DNA of 64,000 nucleotides from Bacteroidota bacterium. GTDB taxonomy: Bacteria > Bacteroidota > Bacteroidia > Bacteroidales > VadinHA17. Position numbers and translations under genes: made by a program. Shown one piece after another: positions 1 to 9,557 of the stretch. The stretch covers positions 11,573 through 75,572 of the forward strand of contig DRFJ01000052.1 of assembly GCA_011050615.1 (NCBI GenBank), in the 5' to 3' direction. The notes beneath the pieces are model-generated. The model was given only the letters and a program-made list of their open reading frames with translations. It was not told where the DNA came from and made no database searches. How positions within the stretch are numbered: position 1 is the stretch's first letter; each line of letters opens with the position of its first letter.

Positions 1-150
1 CATTAACCATAAGCCGGTATGAGTCAATGCCGGACAGGCAGAACTCCCTGGTTGATATATTATCTGAATATTGAAGCCCGGATGAAATTTCCACGGGCAC
101 CCAGCCGGGGCCCTCAAAATATACTTCACACCAGTCATGAAGGTTTTCAT
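1..150 (-). CDS. partial hypothetical protein (N-terminal part only; runs off the left edge)
   Basis: The minus-strand frame is open from ATG at 150 (alternative ATG at 168) to position 1. It is shorter than the ORF-track cutoff. It lies divergent to the POT transporter. No family recognised. Confidence 0.25.
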   Translation of the reverse strand, partial: MKTFMTGVKYILRAPAGCPWKFHPGFNIQIIYQPGSSACPALTHTGLWLM

Positions 151-264
151 TTTGAAATATTGTTGCATGTAAATTTATTAAACAAACCCGTTAATGCAAA
201 AACGTACTATGTCAATCAGGTTCCAATATTACATTATTCCAATATTCCATATAAAAAAAACTTC

Positions 265-272
265 TATATTTG
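265..272 (+). promoter_or_regulatory. Bacteroidota -7 promoter element TAnnTTTG (TATATTTG)
   Basis: Exact match to the TAnnTTTG consensus, 50 nt upstream of the ATG at 322. Confidence 0.4.
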
Positions 273-321
273 TGGCATTCTCAAATCAAAGCTTAATTAG
301 AAAACACTAAAAAGATTCATT

Positions 322-2136
322 ATGTTAAAAAATCACCCTAAAGGTTTGCTTGTTGCCTTCTTCACCAATATGGGCGAGCGGTTTGGTTTTTACACCATGA
401 TGGCTATACTTGTATTATTCCTGCAGGCCAAATACGGCCTCACCGAAGATAAAGCAGGGGATATATACAGCTGGTTCTATTTTGCCATATATGCCCTTGC
501 CCTCCTGGGTGGTATACTGGCAGATGCCACGAGAAAGTATAAGTCGGTTATACTGATCGGGCAGGTAATTATGTTTGCAGGATACGTTATAATGACCGTT
601 CCCGGATTAACACTTGTAGTTACGGTAATTGGTCTGTTCACTATTGCCTTTGGAAATGGATTATTCAAGGGTAATCTGCAGGCTGTTGTAGGCCAGATGT
701 ATGATAATCCGAAGTATGATAGTGTCAGGGACAATGCATACCTGATTTTCTATATGGGTATCAATATCGGTGCCTTTTTTGCTCCTTTTGCAGCTACCGG
801 AGTACGTAACTGGTGGCTCAAAATGAACGGTTTCCTTCACGACGGCAGTCTGCCGGCACTATGTCACCAGTACCAGGATGGTAGTCTGGCTGACGTGGGT
901 TCTTTCCAGACCCTGGCTAACGAGGTAAGCCTCAGCGGGCCGGTAACCGATCTTTCGGCTTTTGCAGGTAGTTATCTTGAGAGTTTTTCTGTAGGTTATA
1001 ATTATGCCTTCGGTGTAGCTGCAATAGCCATGGTCATTTCACTCCTTGCTTATGTTATTTTCAATAAGCATATTCCGAAGAAACAGTATGTTGAAGGGGA
1101 AAAGACCATATCCATCACTGAGAAGCCTCTTGCCATACCCGTTGCACTCCTAGCCGGTGGTATTACTGCTTTTCTGATCAGCCTTTTCAAAGATTTTGCA
1201 ACCGGAATGGCCATAGGGCTGTTCATTGCCTTTGTTACCTGGATTGCCATGATCTCCAAAAAAGAGGAAATACAAAAGGTCATTGCCCTGCTGCTGGTGT
1301 TCTTCGTGGTGATATTCTTCTGGATGTCGTTCCACCAGAATGGTCTCACACTCACTTTCTTTGCCCGTGATTATACCGTGAAGACGGTTGATAACTTCAC
1401 CTATATGTTCTTTACTCTTGAGAATATATTATCTGTAATTGCAGTTATTGCAGGTATAGTCTTACTGTTGGGGAAAAAGAAGAATCTTAACACAAGGCTC
1501 ATTGGAGCCGCATTACTGGTAGCGGGAGGAACTGCGGCCACAATTTTCTTCAGAAAGGCTGACCCCCAGGGTAATCCCATTGCCCCCGAAGTGTTTCAGT
1601 CTTTCAATCCCCTTTTCATAGTCACACTGACATTCGTCGTGGTGTCATTCTTCGCCTGGCTGAATAAAAGGAAGAAGGAACCGTCCACCCCAAAAAAGAT
1701 AGGTATCGGTATGGTAATAGCCGCAGTGGCATTCATAGTACTGCTTATCGGTTCACTCAACCTGGTATCGCCTCACGAGCTCCATTTTGTGGATGAGGCC
1801 GGAAATATTAAATTCAGGCCCGTACCAGATTCATCCAGGGTAATGCCTTACTGGCTGATATCTTCATATCTAATACTCACTATTGCAGAGCTTTTCCTGA
1901 GCCCAATGGGCCTATCCTTTGTATCAAAGGTAGCACCCGGCAGATTCCAGGGTGTGATGCAGGGAGGATGGCTACTCGCTACTGCAGTGGGTAATAAGCT
2001 GCTCTTCGTTGGAAGCTTCTTCTGGGGCAAACTTGACCTGTGGCAATTATGGCTGATATTTATTGTATGCAGCCTGCTGGCGGCAACATTTATATTCTCA
2101 ATACTGAAATTCCTGGAAAGGGTCAGCTCTAAGTAG
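322..2136 (+). CDS. proton-dependent oligopeptide transporter (POT/PTR2 family, DtpT-like)
   Basis: 604-aa polytopic membrane ORF. The N-terminal POT signature 'GERFGFYTMMAILVLFL' is present. A strong hairpin terminator follows. Confidence 0.88.
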   Translation: MLKNHPKGLLVAFFTNMGERFGFYTMMAILVLFLQAKYGLTEDKAGDIYSWFYFAIYALALLGGILADATRKYKSVILIGQVIMFAGYVIMTVPGLTLVVTVIGLFTIAFGNGLFKGNLQAVVGQMYDNPKYDSVRDNAYLIFYMGINIGAFFAPFAATGVRNWWLKMNGFLHDGSLPALCHQYQDGSLADVGSFQTLANEVSLSGPVTDLSAFAGSYLESFSVGYNYAFGVAAIAMVISLLAYVIFNKHIPKKQYVEGEKTISITEKPLAIPVALLAGGITAFLISLFKDFATGMAIGLFIAFVTWIAMISKKEEIQKVIALLLVFFVVIFFWMSFHQNGLTLTFFARDYTVKTVDNFTYMFFTLENILSVIAVIAGIVLLLGKKKNLNTRLIGAALLVAGGTAATIFFRKADPQGNPIAPEVFQSFNPLFIVTLTFVVVSFFAWLNKRKKEPSTPKKIGIGMVIAAVAFIVLLIGSLNLVSPHELHFVDEAGNIKFRPVPDSSRVMPYWLISSYLILTIAELFLSPMGLSFVSKVAPGRFQGVMQGGWLLATAVGNKLLFVGSFFWGKLDLWQLWLIFIVCSLLAATFIFSILKFLERVSSK

Positions 2137-2155
2137 CACGAATTAACGAGAATTA

Positions 2156-2483
2156 TCAGGCGCACTGAAAAAAGCAGAGACGCAAAATTTTGCGTCTCTG
2201 CTTTTTTTCGTAAACAATCCTGCCCTCAACTATGGTCATAATAACATTCATATCCAGGATCTCCTCTGTATTCCCGCCTGTCCATTTATTATAGGAATCA
2301 GTACTTTCAAGCACTGCCGGAATAATATTTCCTTTAATGCTTACCGTTGATGCCCATGGCTTTAATGTATCCATGGTATAAACTTCAGCACTATACAAAA
2401 TCAGATCAGCCTTTTCCTGAGTGCAGGAAAAACAAAAAAACCGTAATGGCAATAATAACAAGGAAAAACTTACTTTTTTTCAT
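2156..2483 (-). pseudogene. remnant of a lipoprotein amidohydrolase (amidohydrolase_3-like): N-terminus fused to extreme C-terminus, plus a frameshift
   Basis: ATG at 2483 gives signal peptide MKKSKFFLVIIAITVFLFF, which falls out of frame in a T-run. The listed ORF continues 'FFSCTQEKADLILYSAEVYTMD...IKGNII...GGNTEEILD' and goes straight into 'MNVIMTIVEGRIVYEKK'. These are the typical first and last strands of enzymes that are usually about 550 aa. The ORF tail reads into the neighbouring terminator hairpin. Confidence 0.5.
2168..2208. terminator. bidirectional intrinsic terminator
   Basis: Perfect 11-bp stem, GCAGAGACGCA (2174-2184) with TGCGTCTCTGC (2191-2201). An A-run precedes it and T7 follows (2202-2208). 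It lies 32 nt after the POT stop codon. Confidence 0.75.
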
Positions 2484-2656
2484 AATATCTCCGGTTTATT
2501 TACCCAAGAGTTACACCAAACTTCAGAAACTCCTTTACCATACCCAAGCTTTCTCAACTTACTCAACCTTATCAACCTTACAAGATGATATTTATCTCAT
2601 TTTATAAATCAAAAGCACAGATTTATTATCATTGCAGGGAATAAAAAAATAAGATT

Positions 2657-3172
2657 ATGAAAAAGTACTTATTGATTATAAGCACCTTAGTTCTTATCAC
2701 CGTTACAACCAGGGCACAGGATGACGAGAGTACTCTAACGCGGCCCGGACAGGAAGCTCCTTCATTCAGTTGTATGACTGTTGACGGTACAGTCATTGAT
2801 ATAAAGGAATTGAAAGGCAAAGTAATCTGGATTAATTTCTTTGCCACATGGTGTCCCCCATGCAAAAAAGAGTTACCCGTGCTTGAAAAAAATGTTATGG
2901 AAAGGTACAGGGATAACCCCGACTTTGTGCTTGTTGTCCTGGGTCGTGAACACAGCATGGATGAAATGAAAGAATATGCCGTCAGTACAGGTCTTGAGTT
3001 ACCCTTTGCACCGGACAAAGAACGGGAAATATTCAGCATGTTTGCCACCCAGTCAATTCCCAGGAATGTAATAATAGGAAGGGATGGTAAAATTGCCGTG
3101 CAAAGTATTGGTTACACGGAATCAGAATTTACACAACTGGAAAAGAAATTAGCCTCTCTTCTCGAAGAATAA
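2657..3172 (+). CDS. TlpA/ResA-like thiol:disulfide oxidoreductase (redoxin), secreted
   Basis: N-terminal signal peptide. Thioredoxin-fold CXXC motif 'FFATWCPPCKKELP'. Confidence 0.85.
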   Translation: MKKYLLIISTLVLITVTTRAQDDESTLTRPGQEAPSFSCMTVDGTVIDIKELKGKVIWINFFATWCPPCKKELPVLEKNVMERYRDNPDFVLVVLGREHSMDEMKEYAVSTGLELPFAPDKEREIFSMFATQSIPRNVIIGRDGKIAVQSIGYTESEFTQLEKKLASLLEE

Positions 3173-3230
3173 TATCTGAAATTAAAATTATTCACTTAAT
3201 GCACAGACCCTGCGTGTATGGTCTATGTGT

Positions 3231-3238
3231 TATTTTTG
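3231..3238 (+). promoter_or_regulatory. Bacteroidota -7 promoter element TAnnTTTG (TATTTTTG)
   Basis: Exact consensus match, 44 nt upstream of the ATG at 3282. Confidence 0.4.
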
Positions 3239-3281
3239 TATCTTTAGGTTATTAAATATTTAATAATCTAAAAACGCCAAT

Positions 3282-4763
3282 ATGAAAAACCTGTTAATTA
3301 TCCTGTTTTCCTTCATCCTGGGAGGTTCATTATTTGCCCAGAACGAGCAAAATGAAAGAATAATCTCCGCAATGCATTCAGTATCAAGTCATGACCTTCT
3401 TGAATATGTAAAGATTCTATGCGAAGATCGCTTTGAAGGTCGGCTCACGGGAACGGATGAATATATGGAATGTGCCCGGTGGCTGGCCTCATTCTTTGAA
3501 GATTGCGGACTGGAACCAGCTGGCGATAACAATACATGGTTCCAGTATTTTGATATACCTTATACCCTTATCCATCCTGAATGCGGACTTTCAATTGAGC
3601 TGCCCGTTGGGAAGAAGGGCTCTGTTCAAAAACATTATGAATATATAACTGAATATATGCCGGGTTCAACATCGGCTAGCGGAACAGTGAGTGCCGGGGT
3701 TGTTTATGCAGGCTATGGGATTACGGCACCTGAACTCGATTATGATGACTATAAGGGAATAGATGTAAAGGGCAAGATAATACTTATTGAAAGGGAAGCT
3801 CCTGTTTCCCCTTCCGAGGGTCCCGAGAAGTTTAATCCCTGGCGCGAGTATTCCTTCCACCAGTATAAATTACAAAATGCTGTCAAGCATGGTGCTGCAG
3901 GCATGATATATAATTACGGGCCTATAGGCAATCCAAACAATGCTTATGATGAGAACTTTATATATGTCCACGTAGGAGACTCCGTTGTAAAGGATATTTT
4001 CAGCGGCACCGGCAGAACCCATTCTGAAACGGTAGAAAGAATAGGAAAAACCCTTAAACCTATGTCATTTGAAACGGACAAAAAAGTTACCATTAAAATG
4101 AATACTACTCATTACCCCGATGGGAAGGGTGCAAATATCATCGGCATAAAAAAGGGTATTGATCCTGACCTGAGCGACGAAACAATTATTATCGGGGCCC
4201 ACCTTGACCACCTCGGAAAATGTTATGAAATCATTCCGGGGGCTAATGACAATGCTTCTGCTGTTGCTGTTATGATGGCCGTCGCAAAGGCTCTGAATGA
4301 TTATGATATAAAACTGAAAAGAACCGTCATGTTCCTTTCCTTTGGGGCAGAAGAGCAGGCTCTGGTTGGTTCAAGAACATATGTAGAAAACCCGGTGAGA
4401 CCATTGGATAAGACCGTTTTGTTAAATATGGATGGTGTGGGTGTCGGAGACAGGATAAGTATTACTGCTGGTAAGGATTTCCCCTTACTCTGCAAGGCAT
4501 TTGAGGATGCAAATGACAAATATATCCATCGTTTGATCAGAACAAATTCATTCTCAAATCTGGGGCGCCCGAGACTTGATGCAGCCATATTTCTGAGTGC
4601 CGGAGTACCCTCATTGAGTTTCTCAACATTCGGAGCAAGATCCTACTATCATATCCCCTGGGATAATATTAACACTATCACACCTGAGATAATGGAAGAT
4701 ATGGCTCAACTTATGCTTATCTCACTTATTGAACTTGCAAATTCTGATAAGGATATAATGTAG
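3282..4763 (+). CDS. M28 family metallopeptidase with PA domain, secreted
   Basis: Signal peptide MKNLLIILFSFILGGSLFAQ. M28 metal-ligand region 'IIIGAHLDHLG...GANDNASAVAVMMAVAKAL...FGAEEQALVGS'. Confidence 0.85.
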   Translation: MKNLLIILFSFILGGSLFAQNEQNERIISAMHSVSSHDLLEYVKILCEDRFEGRLTGTDEYMECARWLASFFEDCGLEPAGDNNTWFQYFDIPYTLIHPECGLSIELPVGKKGSVQKHYEYITEYMPGSTSASGTVSAGVVYAGYGITAPELDYDDYKGIDVKGKIILIEREAPVSPSEGPEKFNPWREYSFHQYKLQNAVKHGAAGMIYNYGPIGNPNNAYDENFIYVHVGDSVVKDIFSGTGRTHSETVERIGKTLKPMSFETDKKVTIKMNTTHYPDGKGANIIGIKKGIDPDLSDETIIIGAHLDHLGKCYEIIPGANDNASAVAVMMAVAKALNDYDIKLKRTVMFLSFGAEEQALVGSRTYVENPVRPLDKTVLLNMDGVGVGDRISITAGKDFPLLCKAFEDANDKYIHRLIRTNSFSNLGRPRLDAAIFLSAGVPSLSFSTFGARSYYHIPWDNINTITPEIMEDMAQLMLISLIELANSDKDIM

Positions 4764-4778
4764 TATAACATTAATGAA

Positions 4779-7700
4779 ATGCATCCCGGAAATAAAGGAT
4801 ATTTAATGCGCCTCCTGCCCTTCTGTTTATCTGCCTTCATACTTGCAGGATGCGGAACACAGAAGGAAGAAATTGAGTATACAACCGGAGTATGGGACGA
4901 AGATTCACTCGGCTATCACAGGGTAGTTATAGAAAATAAGAGCCGGGCTGATGCAGTTTATGTCGATGTTCCATGGAGAAGGAGAGATAATGAGCCATGG
5001 AACAAAGCAGTAATACTGACAGGTAGTGATCCTGAAAAAGTGATTGATAATATCATATGCCTCTCATCGGATAATGAAAAGGGAAGGTTCATATTTCAAC
5101 CCGTGTATGGACCCGGGAAATATTATCTCTACTACCTGCCCGCTAAAATGAAAGGACGAAGCAACTATCCAACTGTTACCTATCCTCCTCCCCGGCAAAC
5201 GGCAGATAATGCATGGATTGAGTTACATAATTTAAACGACTCAGCTCATGTAAGATCATTGCCCGTGGCACAGGCGACAGTAATCCAGTCCCGTAATAAA
5301 TTCAATTCATTCTTTCCAATGGAAATTACAGCATCGGAAGAGGAAGTCAACAGACTTCTGGGTAAATATCCTGCTAAAACGTTTCTGCTTTTCCCTGAAG
5401 AGCGCAGCCATCCTATACGTATGAAGGAGTATCTCCCCTTAAGATGGATTGAAGAAGGGCCTTTTGGTCCCGTGGAGGGTGAAGCAAGGAGGGGTGAATT
5501 CTTTACCTTCCAGGTTGGTTTGTACTGCATTGGTGAGGATATCGATAATCTGGAAATATTATTTTCGGATCTCAAAACCGGGAGGAAAAAGACAGTAATT
5601 CATCACGACAGTATATCATCGTTTAACACTTCCGGAATTGACTGGGATGGCAAAATCATTGCGAAAAAATTAAGTATCCCTAAAAACAGGATCCAGCCCA
5701 TGTGGTTTGGTTTTATGATCCCTGAAAATACCAAGGCACGGAAAATCTCGGGGCATATGGTAATAAAAGCCGGGGGACATGAAGCCGAAACACTTAAAAT
5801 AAATATTAAAATATTAAAAGATACTATAGCGAATCACGGAGACGATAATCCTTACCTGATGAGCCGTATGAGATGGCTCGACTCAAGGCTTGCACTTGAT
5901 AATGAGGTTACTGATCCCTTTATCCCCGTTGAAAAAGAAAACAGGTCATTGAAAATACTGGGAAGGCAAATTGACATTGGTACCAACGGTTTACCGTCAA
6001 GGTACCTGACATATTTCAATTCGTCGAACACCGCCATAAGGGATAATCCTGAAAATGTACTGGCTTCTCCTGTAACATTTGATATATACAGGGCTAACGG
6101 GTCTAAGATATTTTTTGTCAGTGAAGAACCTGCATTTGAAAAAGATGGTTCCGGAAAATATAACTGGGAAACAAAGAATGTAAGTTCATCTCTTGAAATG
6201 AAAACTGAAGGATCACTGGAATTTGATGGTTTTGCCCAGATACGTATAAGCGTGATGGCCACTGAGGATATTGATCTTTCTGATATAAGATTATCAATGC
6301 ATGTCAGGAAAAAATTCGCTCCCTATTTCATGGGACTGGGTTTACGCGGAGGCCAGAGGCCATACTATATCAGCTGGAAATGGGACCGCATGAAACACCA
6401 GGAAGGTGCCTGGATTGGAGATGTGAATGGCGGTCTCCAGTTTAGCCTCCGTGATGACAATTATGAAAGGCCACTGAATACTAACTTTTACAGGGAAAAA
6501 CCCCTTATTATGCCTGAAGCCTGGTTTAATAAGGGTAAGGGGGGCATTAACATAAGCTCAGGTGAACATGCGACAGACATATACTGCTACTCGGGAAGCA
6601 GGAGTCTGAAAACAGGTGATGAACTGGTTTTTACGGTAAATTTTCTTTTTACACCATTTAAGCTGATTGCTACCGACAAACAATGGCGCACGAGATTTTA
6701 CCACCGGTACAAAGACCTCGACAGTATAAAAAATTATGGGGCAAATGTGGTTAATGTCCACCATGCCACCGAGATTAATCCATGGATCAACTATCCGTTC
6801 CTGGAACAGGAAAAGATGAAGAATTATATTGATAAGGCCCATTCAATGGGAATGAGAGTCAAAATATACAACACCATAAGAGAACTCTCGAACAGGGCAC
6901 CTGAATTATTTGCCATCAGAAGCCTTGGTCATGAAATATTCAGCCCCGGCCCGGGTGGTGGTTTCAACTGGCTGCAGGAACATCTTGCTGATGATTATAT
7001 ACCGGCGTGGTTTGTTCCCGATAACAGGGATGCCGCAATAATCAATTCAGGAATGTCGCGCTGGCATAATTATTATATAGAAGGTGTTAACTGGCTGGCA
7101 GAAAATATGGGAATAGACGGATTATACCTTGACGATATTGCCTTTGACCGTACTACCATGAAACGACTGCGGAAGGTGCTGGACAGGAACAGGGACAGTG
7201 CTTTGATAGATCTTCATTCAGCAAACCAGTATAATGTACGTGACGGTTATACGAACAGTGCAAATCTGTATATGGAACATTTTCCCTATGTTGACAGGTT
7301 ATGGTTTGGTGAATATTTTGATCCTGACCTCCCCCCGGATTTCTGGCTTATTGAGATGTCAGGAATTCCTTTTGGCCTCATGGGTGAGATGTTACAGGAT
7401 GGGGGGAACCAGTATAAGGGACTCGTTTATGGAATGACCTCACGTGCGCCATGGTCGGGTGATCCGAGGAATATCTGGGATGTCTTTGATGAATTTGGAA
7501 TGACCGGTTCCGAGTTTATCGGTTACTGGTCTGAAGATTGCCCGGTTACCACAGGATACAGAAACGCCCCGGCTACCGTCTACCTGAAAGATAACAAGGT
7601 GATGATCGCCATTGCCAGCTGGTACGACGAAAATAAGGAACTCTGGCTTAATATTGACTGGAGTAAGATAGGGATGAACAGAAATGAATCTGTTCTCAGG

Positions 7701-7802
7701 GCACCCTATATCAGGAATTTCCAGGCTGAAAAGATTTACAGCCCCTGGGAACGCATACCGCTTGAAGCAGGAAAAGGAGTCGTTCTTATAATAGAAGATT
7801 GA
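4779..7802 (+). CDS. large lipoprotein with a C-terminal glycoside-hydrolase-like (beta/alpha)8 domain (GH123/DUF4091-like; assignment tentative)
   Basis: Lipobox 'FILAGC' (alternative start at 4806). The C-terminal third, 'VNVHHATEINPWINYPF...MGMRVKIYNTIRELS...IDGLYLDDIAFDR', looks like a TIM-barrel glycosidase. Family recalled from memory, not searched. Confidence 0.5.
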   Translation: MHPGNKGYLMRLLPFCLSAFILAGCGTQKEEIEYTTGVWDEDSLGYHRVVIENKSRADAVYVDVPWRRRDNEPWNKAVILTGSDPEKVIDNIICLSSDNEKGRFIFQPVYGPGKYYLYYLPAKMKGRSNYPTVTYPPPRQTADNAWIELHNLNDSAHVRSLPVAQATVIQSRNKFNSFFPMEITASEEEVNRLLGKYPAKTFLLFPEERSHPIRMKEYLPLRWIEEGPFGPVEGEARRGEFFTFQVGLYCIGEDIDNLEILFSDLKTGRKKTVIHHDSISSFNTSGIDWDGKIIAKKLSIPKNRIQPMWFGFMIPENTKARKISGHMVIKAGGHEAETLKINIKILKDTIANHGDDNPYLMSRMRWLDSRLALDNEVTDPFIPVEKENRSLKILGRQIDIGTNGLPSRYLTYFNSSNTAIRDNPENVLASPVTFDIYRANGSKIFFVSEEPAFEKDGSGKYNWETKNVSSSLEMKTEGSLEFDGFAQIRISVMATEDIDLSDIRLSMHVRKKFAPYFMGLGLRGGQRPYYISWKWDRMKHQEGAWIGDVNGGLQFSLRDDNYERPLNTNFYREKPLIMPEAWFNKGKGGINISSGEHATDIYCYSGSRSLKTGDELVFTVNFLFTPFKLIATDKQWRTRFYHRYKDLDSIKNYGANVVNVHHATEINPWINYPFLEQEKMKNYIDKAHSMGMRVKIYNTIRELSNRAPELFAIRSLGHEIFSPGPGGGFNWLQEHLADDYIPAWFVPDNRDAAIINSGMSRWHNYYIEGVNWLAENMGIDGLYLDDIAFDRTTMKRLRKVLDRNRDSALIDLHSANQYNVRDGYTNSANLYMEHFPYVDRLWFGEYFDPDLPPDFWLIEMSGIPFGLMGEMLQDGGNQYKGLVYGMTSRAPWSGDPRNIWDVFDEFGMTGSEFIGYWSEDCPVTTGYRNAPATVYLKDNKVMIAIASWYDENKELWLNIDWSKIGMNRNESVLRAPYIRNFQAEKIYSPWERIPLEAGKGVVLIIED

Positions 7803-7846
7803 AGCTCAGGCTATTCTTAAATCTGAAATCATAATTAAATAAAGTA

Positions 7847-7875
7847 GGGTGGTCCCGCCATGGCGGGACACACCC
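7847..7875 (+). terminator. GC-rich hairpin (terminator-like, no U-tract)
   Basis: 18-nt perfect palindrome GTCCCGCCATGGCGGGAC (7852-7869). It is extended by GGGTG/CACCC with one bulged A. It starts 45 nt after the stop at 7802. Confidence 0.45.
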
Positions 7876-8066
7876 CTGTTCATGATAACACCAGAACCTG
7901 ACATGAACATTTTCTTTTTTTCCTCACATATACGGTAATTCAATATAACAGACTCCCGTCAGGCCGATATGCTGCATTGAATAAGCCCGGGAAGTGTTAA
8001 TAAACTAACAAAAATTGAAGGCGTTCCCTGCTAACTACAATTATATTGCTGAACTATGGCAACTTA

Positions 8067-9557
8067 TCAATAGAACAGCCTGGCTATCCTCCTGTTGAAG
8101 ATTAGCAGTACCAGCAACACAATACTCCACTGGAAGATGCATGACATGAAAGAAAATGGACTGAATGGATTATACCATTCTCCCGGGATAAATGACTGTG
8201 ACAGCCACCAGAACAGGAGCACAACAGCAGCAATTGGTATGAAGTAATTTATTATATAAACCCACCATTTACCTACTTTACGGTCTCTTACCGATTCATT
8301 TATCTCAAGCATCACCTTCCGGGTTCCCTGCTTAATAATGAGAAAGGCTATCAGTGCCCCGGAAATCATCAGGGCAATGCCCCAGACAAAATCCTGGTTG
8401 CTGAGGAAATTAAGGTTCCGTGCCGAGGGGATACCAAAGAGAAACACAAGTATTCCAATCACGGCTATTGCCCTCTTACGCTTAAGGCCTGTATCAACCA
8501 GAACCCTTGTTGGCAGTTCAAGCTGTGCAATGAGAGAAGAAAACCCGGCGAATGTAAGTCCAAGGAAAAATAATATAGATAATATTCCTCCGCCGAACAT
8601 TTTTTCGAAAAGCTGAGGCATCCAAATAAAGGTGAGTCCTGTTGATGCAGGTCCGCTGGTCTTCATTATTTCCATTACCTCGGGGCTGCTCATACCCATT
8701 TCATGCTTCAGTACGGCGAAAACCGTACCGAAGATCATTATTCCGGACAATATTGAAACAGTATTATTCCCGATACCCGTAAGGAAGGCATTTCCAACGG
8801 CCCCATGTTCCTTTTTCATGTAAGCTGCATAGGTCAGGAACAGTCCCCAGCCTGCGCCTGTATCCCATGCATTCTGGGTTAATGCATCGAGCCAGATTCT
8901 TGGGTCACCAAGCTGTGACCATTGTGGTTTGAAAAGGTAGGCGAGCCCTTCACCCGCTCCCGGCAAAGTTACTGCACGCACAACACTCAAAATAACAATA
9001 ACAAGAAGTGAGGGTATTAAAACCTTATTAATTTTTTCAATTGAGCTTATACCCTTCCATATAGCTATAAGCCCTAATCCTATTGCCAGCATATGTGTTA
9101 AAAGCGGCCATATGCTTTCCTGGTATGATTCCCAGATTGTCATTGCAGTTTGAAAATTTTCGGGAAGCGGATTAAAGAGCATATAGACAAAATAATATAT
9201 ACACCACCCTACCACGACTGTATAAAAGAAGGTTATTATCAGCGGGACTATTGCAACAAATGATCCGAGCCAGGCAAACTTTTTGCCCGTTCCCTTAATA
9301 AATACACCGACCACTCCCGACCTGTATTTCCGTCCGGAAGCATATTCGGCAATTATTAAAGGTATGCTCCAAAGAAAAAGGAAACACACCCATGCAATCA
9401 GGAAGGCACCTGCCCCGTCTTCTCCTGCATTCTGGGCAGCTATACGAGGGAAACGCCAGATATTGCCGGTTCCAACAGCCACACCCATTGCACTTAATAT
9501 AAGACCCCACCTGCTGGTAAACCTCTGACCGGTTGATTGATCCAGTAACTTACTCAT
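8067..9557 (-). CDS. sodium-dependent transporter, neurotransmitter:sodium symporter (NSS/SNF) family
   Basis: NSS signature 'GVAVGTGNIWRFPRIAAQNAG' in a polytopic ORF. ATG at 9557 is preferred over GTG at 9575. This start overlaps the upstream stop as ATGAGTAA. Confidence 0.88.
   Translation of the reverse strand: MSKLLDQSTGQRFTSRWGLILSAMGVAVGTGNIWRFPRIAAQNAGEDGAGAFLIAWVCFLFLWSIPLIIAEYASGRKYRSGVVGVFIKGTGKKFAWLGSFVAIVPLIITFFYTVVVGWCIYYFVYMLFNPLPENFQTAMTIWESYQESIWPLLTHMLAIGLGLIAIWKGISSIEKINKVLIPSLLVIVILSVVRAVTLPGAGEGLAYLFKPQWSQLGDPRIWLDALTQNAWDTGAGWGLFLTYAAYMKKEHGAVGNAFLTGIGNNTVSILSGIMIFGTVFAVLKHEMGMSSPEVMEIMKTSGPASTGLTFIWMPQLFEKMFGGGILSILFFLGLTFAGFSSLIAQLELPTRVLVDTGLKRKRAIAVIGILVFLFGIPSARNLNFLSNQDFVWGIALMISGALIAFLIIKQGTRKVMLEINESVRDRKVGKWWVYIINYFIPIAAVVLLFWWLSQSFIPGEWYNPFSPFSFMSCIFQWSIVLLVLLIFNRRIARLFY

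Noticed and set aside
19-300. 93-aa plus-strand ORF upstream of the POT transporter.
   Set aside because: It spans the AT-rich promoter region, including the TATATTTG -7 box. It has low-complexity, non-protein-like composition and no recognisable motif. A minus-strand partial ORF (1-150) explains the left end better.
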